Source: Candidatus Poribacteria bacterium | GTDB lineage: Bacteria; Poribacteria; WGA-4E; UBA9662 | Reading direction: 5' to 3' | DNA: 64,000 nucleotides | Assembly (NCBI GenBank): GCA_036339735.1 | Contig: JAYZAL010000077.1 | Coordinates: forward strand, 1-64,000 | In this document: positions 9,450 to 18,058 of the stretch, one piece after another | Layout of the letters: the number at the start of each line of letters is the position of its first letter | How positions within the stretch are numbered: position 1 is the first letter of the stretch | The notes under the pieces: generated by a model | What the model saw: the letters and a program-made list of their open reading frames with translations, nothing else | Told to the model about the DNA's origin: nothing | The model's database searches: none | Made by a program: the position numbers and the translations under genes

Positions 9450-11850
9450 CCTGTTAATAAAAATAGTTCTTCCTGTAATGAAAAATATACTGAATGTTTG
9501 TATCTTTACGGTCAGTTTGCTTGTCATTTTTAGCTCAGTTCTGTGGTCAGAAACCAATAAGCCTGAGGCTGATCAGTCCCCAAAAACAATTAACCCACTG
9601 AGCGTCCAAAGCATTCGATTTGAAGGACTAACAGGTGAAGATGCATTACTTCGCTCAATTGTCCAAACCTCTATCGGAAAAGAAATCGACCCAGATCAAC
9701 TGAGCAAAGATATTAAAAATGTAGCTAAGGATACAGGGCTCTTTTCTAACATTTCCGTGGATGTTGAGCCTTATGAGGAGGGCGGGCTGGAAGTTATTTT
9801 TCGACTAGTGGAAAGTCCAAAAATCGAAGGACTTCAGATTGTTGGTAATGAGAAGATTCGCTACAGTAAAATCAAAGAAGCCATCAACTTCAAGTCTGGT
9901 GAAATTTACACAGATTATCTAGCATGGCAGAACCAGAAACAAATCCTGAAAACTTACCAAGAAAAAGGCTACTATCTCGCAGAAGTCAAAACTGAACTTG
10001 ATCATGACCAAGCGACTAACACAGTCGCTCTGACGTTCAATATTAACGAAGGAAAGCGAATTAAAATTCAGGAGATTAACTTTATTGGTAGGCAAGGGAT
10101 TAGTCAGAAAAAGTTAGCACGCCAACTGAAGACAAAAGTAGGAAAATATTTTGATGAAAATGTATTGGAAGCTGATTTGACCACACTCAGCTTTTTTTAC
10201 CAAGATAATGGCTATGCGCAATCACAGGTCCTTGGCTATGAAAAACGGTTTAATACAGAAAAGACGGGCCTAATGCTAGATATTGAAGTAGATGAAGGTC
10301 CTCAGTATACTGTCGGTGAATACAGAATCAGTATCCGTTTTTCCGAAAAACCAGCCTTCAATGAAGAAAAAATAAGAGAATTAATGAATCCCGCAGAAGG
10401 TGAGGTTTTCAATCGGGGAAAATTTCAGGAATCAATTGACAAAATCACTGAACGTTACCAAGAAGAAGGTTATTTGCTAGTTGAGCTTGACCCTCAACCT
10501 AAATTTGACGAGGATAATCAGCTGGTCGATATTACCTTTAACATTAGCGAAGGTGATGTCATCATCATTGATAGGATCAAAATCAATGGTCTAGTTAAAA
10601 CTAGAGAAAATATTATCAAGCGTGAATTGGATCATCTAAAGATTAAAACTGACGAATTTTTTGACATTCAAAAAATTCGCAAAGCACGCCAGCGCCTATT
10701 TCAGTTGGGTTCTATCAGTAACGTCGATTTTATTCCTAGTGAGGAAGAAGGCCAACGACGAGACTTAATTGTAAATGTTACCGAACGTGATAAAATGGGG
10801 ATGTTCAGCGTTGGCGGTGGGTACGGAAGTGAGGGTGGCTTATTTGGAATGGCCGAAGTTAGCCATTCAAATGTTCTGGGGCGTGCATACCGTGTGCACC
10901 TGAAAGGAGAAGTTGGTACTCGCTATCGGCAAACTCAGGAATTCCGAGTTAACACGCCATGGATTCTAGGTACACCGACTAGGCTAAACTTCAGCTTATA
11001 TAACAATAAACGTCGGCAGTATTACACTCGCTCTGTCTTAACCCGCTACGGTTATGCTGATTGGCCAATTTACGAACGGAAAGGGGCATCAGTTACAATG
11101 GGACGGCCACTACCTCGTGATTATGACTTGTCAGTTCGTTTTCGTAATGACCATACCTTCACCAAAATTGACTACCTGAAAAAAGAAGACCGCGAATATC
11201 GACGTTGGACACGTAGTCTAACCTTCTATTTATCCAAGGATACCCGGGATTACCGCATGAGTCTCAATCACCCAATTAATGGGGCTTACAATACGATATC
11301 CTACGAATATTCCGGCGGACTACTGGGAGCTGATAGCGATTTCATCAAATATACTCTTGATTTAAGTCAATACATTAAAACTTGGAAGAATATGGTTTTG
11401 GCACTGCATCTGTACGGTGGGTATTTACAACCAAAATCTTCTAATCCTGAGAGTGACTATTTCCTATTCTTTGAACGTTACTTCTTGGGTGGGATCGAGA
11501 CGATACGTGGTTATCAAGACTTTGAAATTTTGCCAGTCAACGCCGATGGTGTTCCGTCTTTGGACGGTGGGGACAAAACCTTGTACGGAAATATCGAATA
11601 TAGAATTCCTATCGCACAACAATTTACTGGCGTTGCATTTTTCGACTTCGGCCAAGTTTGGAATAAACCTTGGGGAAAACTTCGGCGCAGTGACTTCAAT
11701 TTCAAGGCTGGAGCTGGAGTTGGGGTCAGAATGGATTTACAAGGTATGTTATTACGGGCTGAATGGGGATATGGGTTCCATAGACAAGACCCAAACGGAA
11801 ATCCAGTCGGAAAAGGTGAATTTCATTTTACTATCGGTCCTAGTTTTTAA
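9436..11850 (+). CDS. bamA: Outer membrane protein assembly factor BamA
   Basis: POTRA repeats, beta-barrel with 'GGIETIRGY', C-terminal 'FHFTIGPSF'; precedes skp-lpxD. The start may be 9478. Confidence 0.95.
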   Translation: MTKTNLLIKIVLPVMKNILNVCIFTVSLLVIFSSVLWSETNKPEADQSPKTINPLSVQSIRFEGLTGEDALLRSIVQTSIGKEIDPDQLSKDIKNVAKDTGLFSNISVDVEPYEEGGLEVIFRLVESPKIEGLQIVGNEKIRYSKIKEAINFKSGEIYTDYLAWQNQKQILKTYQEKGYYLAEVKTELDHDQATNTVALTFNINEGKRIKIQEINFIGRQGISQKKLARQLKTKVGKYFDENVLEADLTTLSFFYQDNGYAQSQVLGYEKRFNTEKTGLMLDIEVDEGPQYTVGEYRISIRFSEKPAFNEEKIRELMNPAEGEVFNRGKFQESIDKITERYQEEGYLLVELDPQPKFDEDNQLVDITFNISEGDVIIIDRIKINGLVKTRENIIKRELDHLKIKTDEFFDIQKIRKARQRLFQLGSISNVDFIPSEEEGQRRDLIVNVTERDKMGMFSVGGGYGSEGGLFGMAEVSHSNVLGRAYRVHLKGEVGTRYRQTQEFRVNTPWILGTPTRLNFSLYNNKRRQYYTRSVLTRYGYADWPIYERKGASVTMGRPLPRDYDLSVRFRNDHTFTKIDYLKKEDREYRRWTRSLTFYLSKDTRDYRMSLNHPINGAYNTISYEYSGGLLGADSDFIKYTLDLSQYIKTWKNMVLALHLYGGYLQPKSSNPESDYFLFFERYFLGGIETIRGYQDFEILPVNADGVPSLDGGDKTLYGNIEYRIPIAQQFTGVAFFDFGQVWNKPWGKLRRSDFNFKAGAGVGVRMDLQGMLLRAEWGYGFHRQDPNGNPVGKGEFHFTIGPSF

Positions 11851-11897
11851 AATATTGTCTTGGGAAATTAAGATATAAAACATAGGGAGTTATTTCA

Positions 11898-12467
11898 GTG
11901 AGAAAATTTTTGAATGGTAGTTGGTGTTTATTGGTGTTAGTAGCTGCTGCATCTTTTGCTAGTGCACAAGAGTTTAGATTAGGCGTCATTGATACACAAC
12001 GTGTAATCGAAGGTTATGAGAAAGCAAAAGAAGCTGATAACGAACTCAAAACCCTAGAAGAACGGTTAAAAAATAGGTTAAAAGGCTTAGAAGACGAGAT
12101 CGTTACTTTAGAAGAACGTTTAACTAAACAAGAACTATTTTTAGATGATGATGCTGTTCGATCGGCCCGACAAGACATTCGTACGAAGCAAGAAGAATAT
12201 CAGCAACGATTGCAAAACGGCCAACAAGCCTTAATCGAAAAACAGAAAGAATTATTAGAGCCAATCATCGAGGAAGTCAAAACTCTGATTGAAGAAATCG
12301 GTGAAAGCGAAAATTATAGTCTAATATTGGATCAACGCCTAACTGTGGGAGCTTACTCAATTCCGGTTGCATTGTACGTTTCATCAAAATATGATCTGAC
12401 TGACCGTATTATCAAAAAATTAAACGATAAATACAACAAACCTGCAGAAGAAACAGAAAAACAGTAA
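11898..12467 (+). CDS. skp: Periplasmic chaperone Skp/OmpH
   Basis: Signal peptide, 'LGVIDTQRV', coiled coil, 'YDLTDRIIKKLN'; lies between bamA and lpxD. Confidence 0.93.
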   Translation: MRKFLNGSWCLLVLVAAASFASAQEFRLGVIDTQRVIEGYEKAKEADNELKTLEERLKNRLKGLEDEIVTLEERLTKQELFLDDDAVRSARQDIRTKQEEYQQRLQNGQQALIEKQKELLEPIIEEVKTLIEEIGESENYSLILDQRLTVGAYSIPVALYVSSKYDLTDRIIKKLNDKYNKPAEETEKQ

Positions 12468-12496
12468 CATAGTAATATGTCGTACAGTAGTCAATT

Positions 12497-13546
12497 ATGA
12501 TTTTGACTTTGGAGCAAATCCATCAAATCGTTGGTGGAGAAATTTTTGGTGATTCACTGTTAGAAATTAGTGGCATTTCGAGTCTCCAAGAAGCTATTTC
12601 TGGACAGATGACATTTCTGGCAAATTCGAAATACCGGTCAGAAGTTGATAAAACAGCGGCTTCTGCTATTATTTTGGGGCAGGATGTCAGCCTAAGTGAT
12701 ATAGCGGTTAAAAATGGAGTTTCGGTTGATGATCCATACTATGCCTTTTTGCAAACCCACCAAGCTTTTGCTAATGCTTCTGCGGAACTACCAACGGGTA
12801 TTGATCCTACCGCTAAAGTCGGTGAAGATGTTATTTTAGATAAAAACGTTTCAATTCAAGCTCATTGTATAATTGAAAACGGTGTCAAAATTGGAGAAGG
12901 CACAATTATTTGGCCAAACACCTACGTTGGACCAAAAGTTGAGATCGGCTCCCGTGTTCGTATTCGTTCCAATGTATCTATCGGGGAACGAGTCAAGATC
13001 GGGGATCGAACTATTATTCAAAATGGCGCGGTGATTGGTAGTGATGGATTTGGTTTTGCAACCTTTCAAGGACAGCATCATAAAATACCTCAGATTGGTA
13101 CTGTAGTTATCGGAGATGATGTTGAGATTGGTGCAAATACTACAATAGACCGTGCGACTTTAACCGAAACATCCACTGTTATCGGTTCCGGAACTAAAAT
13201 TGATAATTTAGTTCAAGTCGCTCATAACGTCAAAATTGGACGGCACTGCCGTATTGCGGCTCAGGTTGGAATTTCAGGTAGCACCCAAATTGGCGACTAC
13301 GTAACAATAGCTGGACAAGTTGGGATTGCTGGGCATTTGACTATCGGCAGTAATAATACAGTTCTAGCCAAGTCTGGTGTGACAAAAAATTTAGCCGATA
13401 ATATGGGTATGGTCTCAGGTTTCCCTGCACGCCTACACAGAGAGGAAATGAAAGATCAAGCTAAAAGTCGGCGGTTAGGTCATTTTCTAGATGAATTACA
13501 AGAATTGAAACAGAAAATGGCAGACATTGACTCTATACTAAACTAG
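12497..13546 (+). CDS. lpxD: UDP-3-O-acyl-glucosamine N-acyltransferase
   Basis: Hexapeptide repeats, 'IGSDGFGF', 'KIPQIG', 'GANTTIDRA', '[12 protein letters not shown]'. Confidence 0.97.
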   Translation: MILTLEQIHQIVGGEIFGDSLLEISGISSLQEAISGQMTFLANSKYRSEVDKTAASAIILGQDVSLSDIAVKNGVSVDDPYYAFLQTHQAFANASAELPTGIDPTAKVGEDVILDKNVSIQAHCIIENGVKIGEGTIIWPNTYVGPKVEIGSRVRIRSNVSIGERVKIGDRTIIQNGAVIGSDGFGFATFQGQHHKIPQIGTVVIGDDVEIGANTTIDRATLTETSTVIGSGTKIDNLVQVAHNVKIGRHCRIAAQVGISGSTQIGDYVTIAGQVGIAGHLTIGSNNTVLAKSGVTKNLADNMGMVSGFPARLHREEMKDQAKSRRLGHFLDELQELKQKMADIDSILN

Positions 13547-13585
13547 TAAACTCAATTATCGAAACAATAATAGAAGATCGCTAAA

Positions 13586-14587
13586 ATGTCTGGTTTGCAA
13601 ATTACAGCGATCTCGTTTGTTAAATGGTTTGACTACGTGGCAGTTACACGTCCGATGTTATTGCTACCGGTCTGGACTCAAGTGATATTGGGTTACTACC
13701 ACGCCACTTGGTCTTCTAGGGTACAGTTGGTCGTTTGGTGGCCGCCCGTACGACTTGTTGAAACACTAGTACTATACAGTTGCTTAGCTGGTGGCTGCTA
13801 CATCGTGAATCAAATTTCCGACAGTGAAACTGATTCAGTCAACCAAAAGCTTTATTTGGTAGCCGATGGACACGTCGGGGTTTTTGCTGTTACTATCCAA
13901 GCTCTTTGTCTAATTGTCTGTGGTTTGAGTTGGGCCGTCTGGCGATTCGGAGATAATTTAGCTTTTGTTGTTTTAACTTTCGGCTCGGTCTTATTCGGTC
14001 TGGCTTATTCGCTACCACCTATTCGACTGAAAGGAAAACCAATTCTGGATCTGTTTTCTAATGCAATTGGTTATGGTGGATTTGCTTTCTGGGTGGGTTG
14101 GTCATCTTCGGCAATCTTTTCTTGGTCAGCTGTCGAGCAAGCCTTACCATACGTGCTATGTGTAGCCGCAGCTTTTGTCAATACCACTATTCCTGACATG
14201 GTAGGGGATCGAGCCAGTGGGGATTGGACAACTAGTGTCTGGTTAGGGGAACGTAAAGCAGGTTGGTTAAGCTTAGTTATTTTAGTCGCATCTATTGTAT
14301 GCTCATACTATTTAAAAAGCTGGTTTGCATTTACTACTTCTCTAATTTGTTTACCTTTTTTTGTCCGTATGAATCTGCTGATTGAAACCCAATTGAAGCA
14401 AAAGTTAGATACCAGTCAGCAAAGATATTTGATAACAAAAGCGACCATTCTAACGTCGCGTGTTGGCATTCTAGTCTTTTCAATTATCGTAGGGATACTA
14501 GTACCGATCTATTTAGTACTGTTTGCCTGCACTATTTTCGTATTACGTTGGTATTATGCTGAACGATTCGGAATTAAATATCCATAG
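13586..14587 (+). CDS. UbiA-family membrane prenyltransferase (divergent)
   Basis: N-terminal 'TRP', Asp-rich motifs 'NQISDSETDSVN' and 'IPDMVGD', 'YSLPPIRLKGKP', many TM segments. Confidence 0.85.
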   Translation: MSGLQITAISFVKWFDYVAVTRPMLLLPVWTQVILGYYHATWSSRVQLVVWWPPVRLVETLVLYSCLAGGCYIVNQISDSETDSVNQKLYLVADGHVGVFAVTIQALCLIVCGLSWAVWRFGDNLAFVVLTFGSVLFGLAYSLPPIRLKGKPILDLFSNAIGYGGFAFWVGWSSSAIFSWSAVEQALPYVLCVAAAFVNTTIPDMVGDRASGDWTTSVWLGERKAGWLSLVILVASIVCSYYLKSWFAFTTSLICLPFFVRMNLLIETQLKQKLDTSQQRYLITKATILTSRVGILVFSIIVGILVPIYLVLFACTIFVLRWYYAERFGIKYP

Positions 14588-15452
14588 TAGTCAGGTCAAA
14601 ATACGGGACTTGATCGAGCTTAGCCGCCCTCTAAACGGGCTGCTCGCGTTTGTTTCAGTGTGGATAGGTGCCTATATGTCGGGTGGATCAATCTCTATTC
14701 AGGCGACCTTCTTAGTTGCAACGGCTGCTGTTTTAGCTTTGTCAGCTGGAAACAGCTTAAATGACTATTGTGACGTCGAAATAGACCGAATTAATAAACC
14801 TGAGCGGCCTATTCCTTCAGGGCGGATTAGTCGAAGGCAAGCATTATTATTTTCCATACTGTTACTGGGACTGAGTGTTGTGATCGGTTTTCAAGTGAAT
14901 TCAGGTTCTCTGATAACTATTGTTTCTGTCTGTTGGTTACTCTCTATATATGCTTTCTGGTTGAAGCGCTTACCACTAATCGGTAATTTAGTCGTTGGAA
15001 TCTTGACTGCACTAACCTTCGTCGCCGGTGGAATAGCAAATGAAGTAGTTCAAGGTACTCTTCCGCTATCTGTTTTTGCATTTCTATTTACAACTGCTAG
15101 AGAGATTGTAAAAGACATGGAAGACCAGGTCGGGGACCAGGCCGTATTTGCCAAGACTTTACCTTTAATTTTAGGTGAGAAATCAGCTGTGTGGGTCGTT
15201 TTATGTTTGATTGCAAGTGGAATTGCGTTTAGTCCAGTCCCATACTTAATTTACGGGTATTCTGGGCTGTATCTTTTTATAATGATCTTTGGAGTCGACT
15301 TAGTTATGGCCTATTTGGGCATTCGTTTATTTCTAAAACCAAGCCAATCCAATTGTGCTAAGATCCAGAAGTGGATGAAATGGAATATTTTTATTGGGTT
15401 ACTAGCCGTCTGTTTAGGTAAACCTTCCCGGTTACTTCCCGTTGGCGTATGA
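14556..15452 (+). CDS. Digeranylgeranylglyceryl phosphate (DGGGP) synthase-like UbiA prenyltransferase
   Basis: 'LSRPLN', 'GNSLNDYCDVEIDRINKPERPIPSGRIS', 'LKRLPLIGNLVV', 'AREIVKDMEDQVGD' match the archaeal DGGGPS pattern. The start is uncertain (14523, 14556 or later). Confidence 0.85.
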   Translation: MLNDSELNIHSSQVKIRDLIELSRPLNGLLAFVSVWIGAYMSGGSISIQATFLVATAAVLALSAGNSLNDYCDVEIDRINKPERPIPSGRISRRQALLFSILLLGLSVVIGFQVNSGSLITIVSVCWLLSIYAFWLKRLPLIGNLVVGILTALTFVAGGIANEVVQGTLPLSVFAFLFTTAREIVKDMEDQVGDQAVFAKTLPLILGEKSAVWVVLCLIASGIAFSPVPYLIYGYSGLYLFIMIFGVDLVMAYLGIRLFLKPSQSNCAKIQKWMKWNIFIGLLAVCLGKPSRLLPVGV

Positions 15453-15618
15453 ATTCAATTTTTCGAACCAAAATTCATGGTAATGAAAATAACATTCTGT
15501 GTTTATTTTCGTTCTTCTGATTCTACTAAAGAAAAGATAGATTGATTCAAATGGAAGCGATCAAATCTGATTTTGCAAAGTTATATTTTTTTAGAATAAT
15601 AAAAAAAGGTACTGTTAC

Positions 15619-15837
15619 ATGATTCATATTTATGACGAGCTCTGTAGTTATTGTGGTTCGTGCATCGCGGTGTGCCCTGAAAATATTATTGATTTAATTG
15701 ATCTCCATTTAGAGATTGATCAACCTAAGTGTACACACTGTGCCAAGTGTATAAAAGGTTGTCCCGTCGGTGCTTTGGCCATGGAACATCGTGATAAAAT
15801 TTACTATCCTGAATACGAAGGTCGAGGTTTATTCTAG
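15619..15837 (+). CDS. 2x[4Fe-4S] dicluster ferredoxin
   Basis: [12 protein letters not shown] and [12 protein letters not shown]. Its TAG stop overlaps the GTG start of the reductase by one base. Confidence 0.93.
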   Translation: MIHIYDELCSYCGSCIAVCPENIIDLIDLHLEIDQPKCTHCAKCIKGCPVGALAMEHRDKIYYPEYEGRGLF

Positions 15838-17030
15838 TGATTCATTCCGAATATGATGTCATTGTCGTGGGTGCTGGTCCTGGTGGTTCCATAGCTGCAA
15901 AAGTTGCAGCTTCTAACGGGTTTCGTACTTTAGTCTTAGAAAAAAGGCAAGAGATCGGCACCCCCGTTCGCTGAGCAGAGGGAATTAGCACAGAGGCTCT
16001 GTGCGCATTTATTCAACCTGACCCTAGTTGGGTTTCACAACCGATCAACGGAGCTAGAATTTTTTCTCCAAACGAAACGCCTGTTCAGATGGATGTAGCT
16101 GATGCCGGTTACGTTCTGGAACGTAAAGTTTTTGATCGAACCTTAACGGAAATGGCAGGTAACGAAGGAGCCGATATAATTGTTAAAGCTCGAGCCACTA
16201 ATGTAACTAAAGATGGTAAGGGATCTGTCAATGGAATAACCTTTCGATATGCTGGACGAGATTATACGTCTAAAGCTAAAGTTGTTATTGCTGCCGATGG
16301 TATCGAATCCAAGGTCGGTAGATGGGCAGGTATTGATACTACACATGATCTTCGTGATATTGATGTTTGTGCTCAGTACTTAATCTCTAAAATTGACATT
16401 GAACCTGAGTATTGTGATTTTTATGTTGGTCGAGAAATTGCTCCTCGAGGATATATCTGGGTCTTTCCCAAAGGTCCGGATATCGCTAATGTTGGTGTCG
16501 GAATTGGAGGAACAGTATCGGGGAAAGGTGGTAAATTGGCTATTGACTATCTAAACGAGTTTGTTAAACGAAAATTTCCAGATGGAAAAATTCTAGGCCA
16601 AGTGGTAGGTGCAGTGCCCGTTGGGGACAGTTTGCCTCAATTAGTAGCTGATGGAATCCTCATAATTGGGGATGCTGCACACCACAGTGACCCAATTTCA
16701 GGTGGCGGAATTGCCAATGCTATGTACTCTGGCATGTTTGCCGCAGAGACTGCCGTTGATTGCCTAAACAAAGGAGACGTTTCCGCACAAGCCTTAAAGG
16801 TTTATGAAGAACGCTGGGATAAAGAAGTCGGTAAGCATTTCAAGCGTGTTTGCAGGATTCGAGATGAAGCTCTGAAATTTAGCGATGAAATGTTCGACCG
16901 TTGTGCGGCTGTTCTCAATCGAATGCCACCTGAAAAAGTCAATATGCCAACCATTTTTAAAACTGTACTAAAACATCAACCTAGGTTGCTTCTCGAACTT
17001 CGCCACTTAATCTTAGCCGGTTGGGTTTAA
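15837..17030 (+). CDS. Geranylgeranyl/digeranylgeranylglycerophospholipid reductase, probable selenoprotein (Sec46)
   Basis: GTG 15837 is in frame with the 16089 ORF and gives [18 protein letters not shown]...[11 protein letters not shown][TGA 15972-15974]AEGIS. Later motifs are 'IAADG', '[10 protein letters not shown]', 'IGDAA...PISGGGI'. 397 aa if the TGA is decoded. Confidence 0.9.
15988..16004 (+). promoter_or_regulatory. Candidate bacterial SECIS hairpin of the reductase
   Basis: GCACAGA-GGC-TCTGTGC is a perfect 7-bp stem. Its G-led loop starts 20 nt after the in-frame TGA. Confidence 0.7.
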
Positions 17031-17048
17031 AGTACTCAGCTTACAATC

Positions 17049-17780
17049 ATGACCATAATTGAGCAACTTGAGTCCATTATTGGACAATACCGAGCAGGAT
17101 ATCTGGTATTAGTGGATCCTGACCGGATCAAACTAAAAGAAATTCCTAGCTTTGCTCAACGAGCCCAATCTGCTGGTGTTGATGGAGTTCTGCTGGGTGG
17201 CAGTTTTCTGACTAACGATCTAAGTATTATTGCTGAAACCTTGAAAAAGTCTACGGATCTGCCCATAATTTTGTTTCCAGGTTCAGCGATGCAAGTTACC
17301 CCACATGCTGATGCTATTCTTTTCATGAGTTTACTTAGTGGTCGGAATGCCAACTATTTGATTGGAGAACAAGTTAAAGCCGCTCCAATGATCCAACGAG
17401 TTGGACTTGAAACTATTTCCACCGGTTATATACTGATTGATGGTGGTCAGCAGACAGCTGTCAGTTTCATTAGTAATACAACACCAATCCCTAATGACAA
17501 AGCAGAAATCGCTTGGGCCCATGCGCTTGCTGCTCAGTACCTTGGCATGAAGTTGATCTATCTAGAAGCTGGTAGTGGTGCCAAAAAACCTGTGCCGGAT
17601 CAAATAATCCATTCTGTTAAGAAACAAGTGACCGTCCCGATTATCGTTGGTGGGGGAATTCGATCGCCTGAAGTGGCTCGAAAAAAGGTTGCCGCCGGAG
17701 CCCAATTTGTTGTCACGGGAAATGTGATTGAGCAAGATCCATCATTGATGGCAGCCTTCGCCGACGCAATCCATAGTTAA
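17049..17780 (+). CDS. Geranylgeranylglyceryl phosphate (GGGP) synthase, group II
   Basis: 'LVDPD', 'LLGGS', 'ILFPG', 'FMSLLSGRNANYLIGEQV', 'YLEAGSGA', 'IVGGGIR', 'VVTGN' are the phosphoglycerol geranylgeranyltransferase TIM-barrel motifs. Confidence 0.93.
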   Translation: MTIIEQLESIIGQYRAGYLVLVDPDRIKLKEIPSFAQRAQSAGVDGVLLGGSFLTNDLSIIAETLKKSTDLPIILFPGSAMQVTPHADAILFMSLLSGRNANYLIGEQVKAAPMIQRVGLETISTGYILIDGGQQTAVSFISNTTPIPNDKAEIAWAHALAAQYLGMKLIYLEAGSGAKKPVPDQIIHSVKKQVTVPIIVGGGIRSPEVARKKVAAGAQFVVTGNVIEQDPSLMAAFADAIHS

Positions 17781-18058
17781 ATTCAAACGAACATTCACAT
17801 TTGTGATTAGTTGCTTTCCTTGTAGAAGGCGAAAGATTGTATTTTCTCTCCTGCTGGTGGTACATTTTCATCATTACCGATAATACGAATTTTTCCTAGG
17901 TTGTGTTATCCATAGTCTGTCCGCTGGTTGTCAAAAATACAACCGAAAACACACCTAAATCGACTCGCGATGTAAATAGCACTAGAAAAGATAATTGTTC
18001 TATTGCATCAATTGGGAAATTCTACAACTATTCACTTCATGATGACTGGTTAACTAAG

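Noticed and set aside
11417-11878. 153-aa alternate-frame ORF inside bamA, and similar shadows such as 23978-24415, 27459-27893 and 33076-33456
   Set aside because: They overlap well-supported genes almost entirely and have no recognisable motifs.
15972-15974. Genome-wide UGA reassignment (Trp or Gly) as the explanation for the in-frame TGAs
   Set aside because: TGA ends ordinary genes here (murJ, lnt, the DGGGPS-like gene), TGG encodes Trp, RF2 is present, and both in-frame TGAs fall at Cys positions.
15837-16088. Reductase as a nonsense pseudogene
   Set aside because: There is no other lesion, the stop hits the conserved Cys column, and a hairpin follows. This is disfavoured but cannot be excluded without reads and sel genes.
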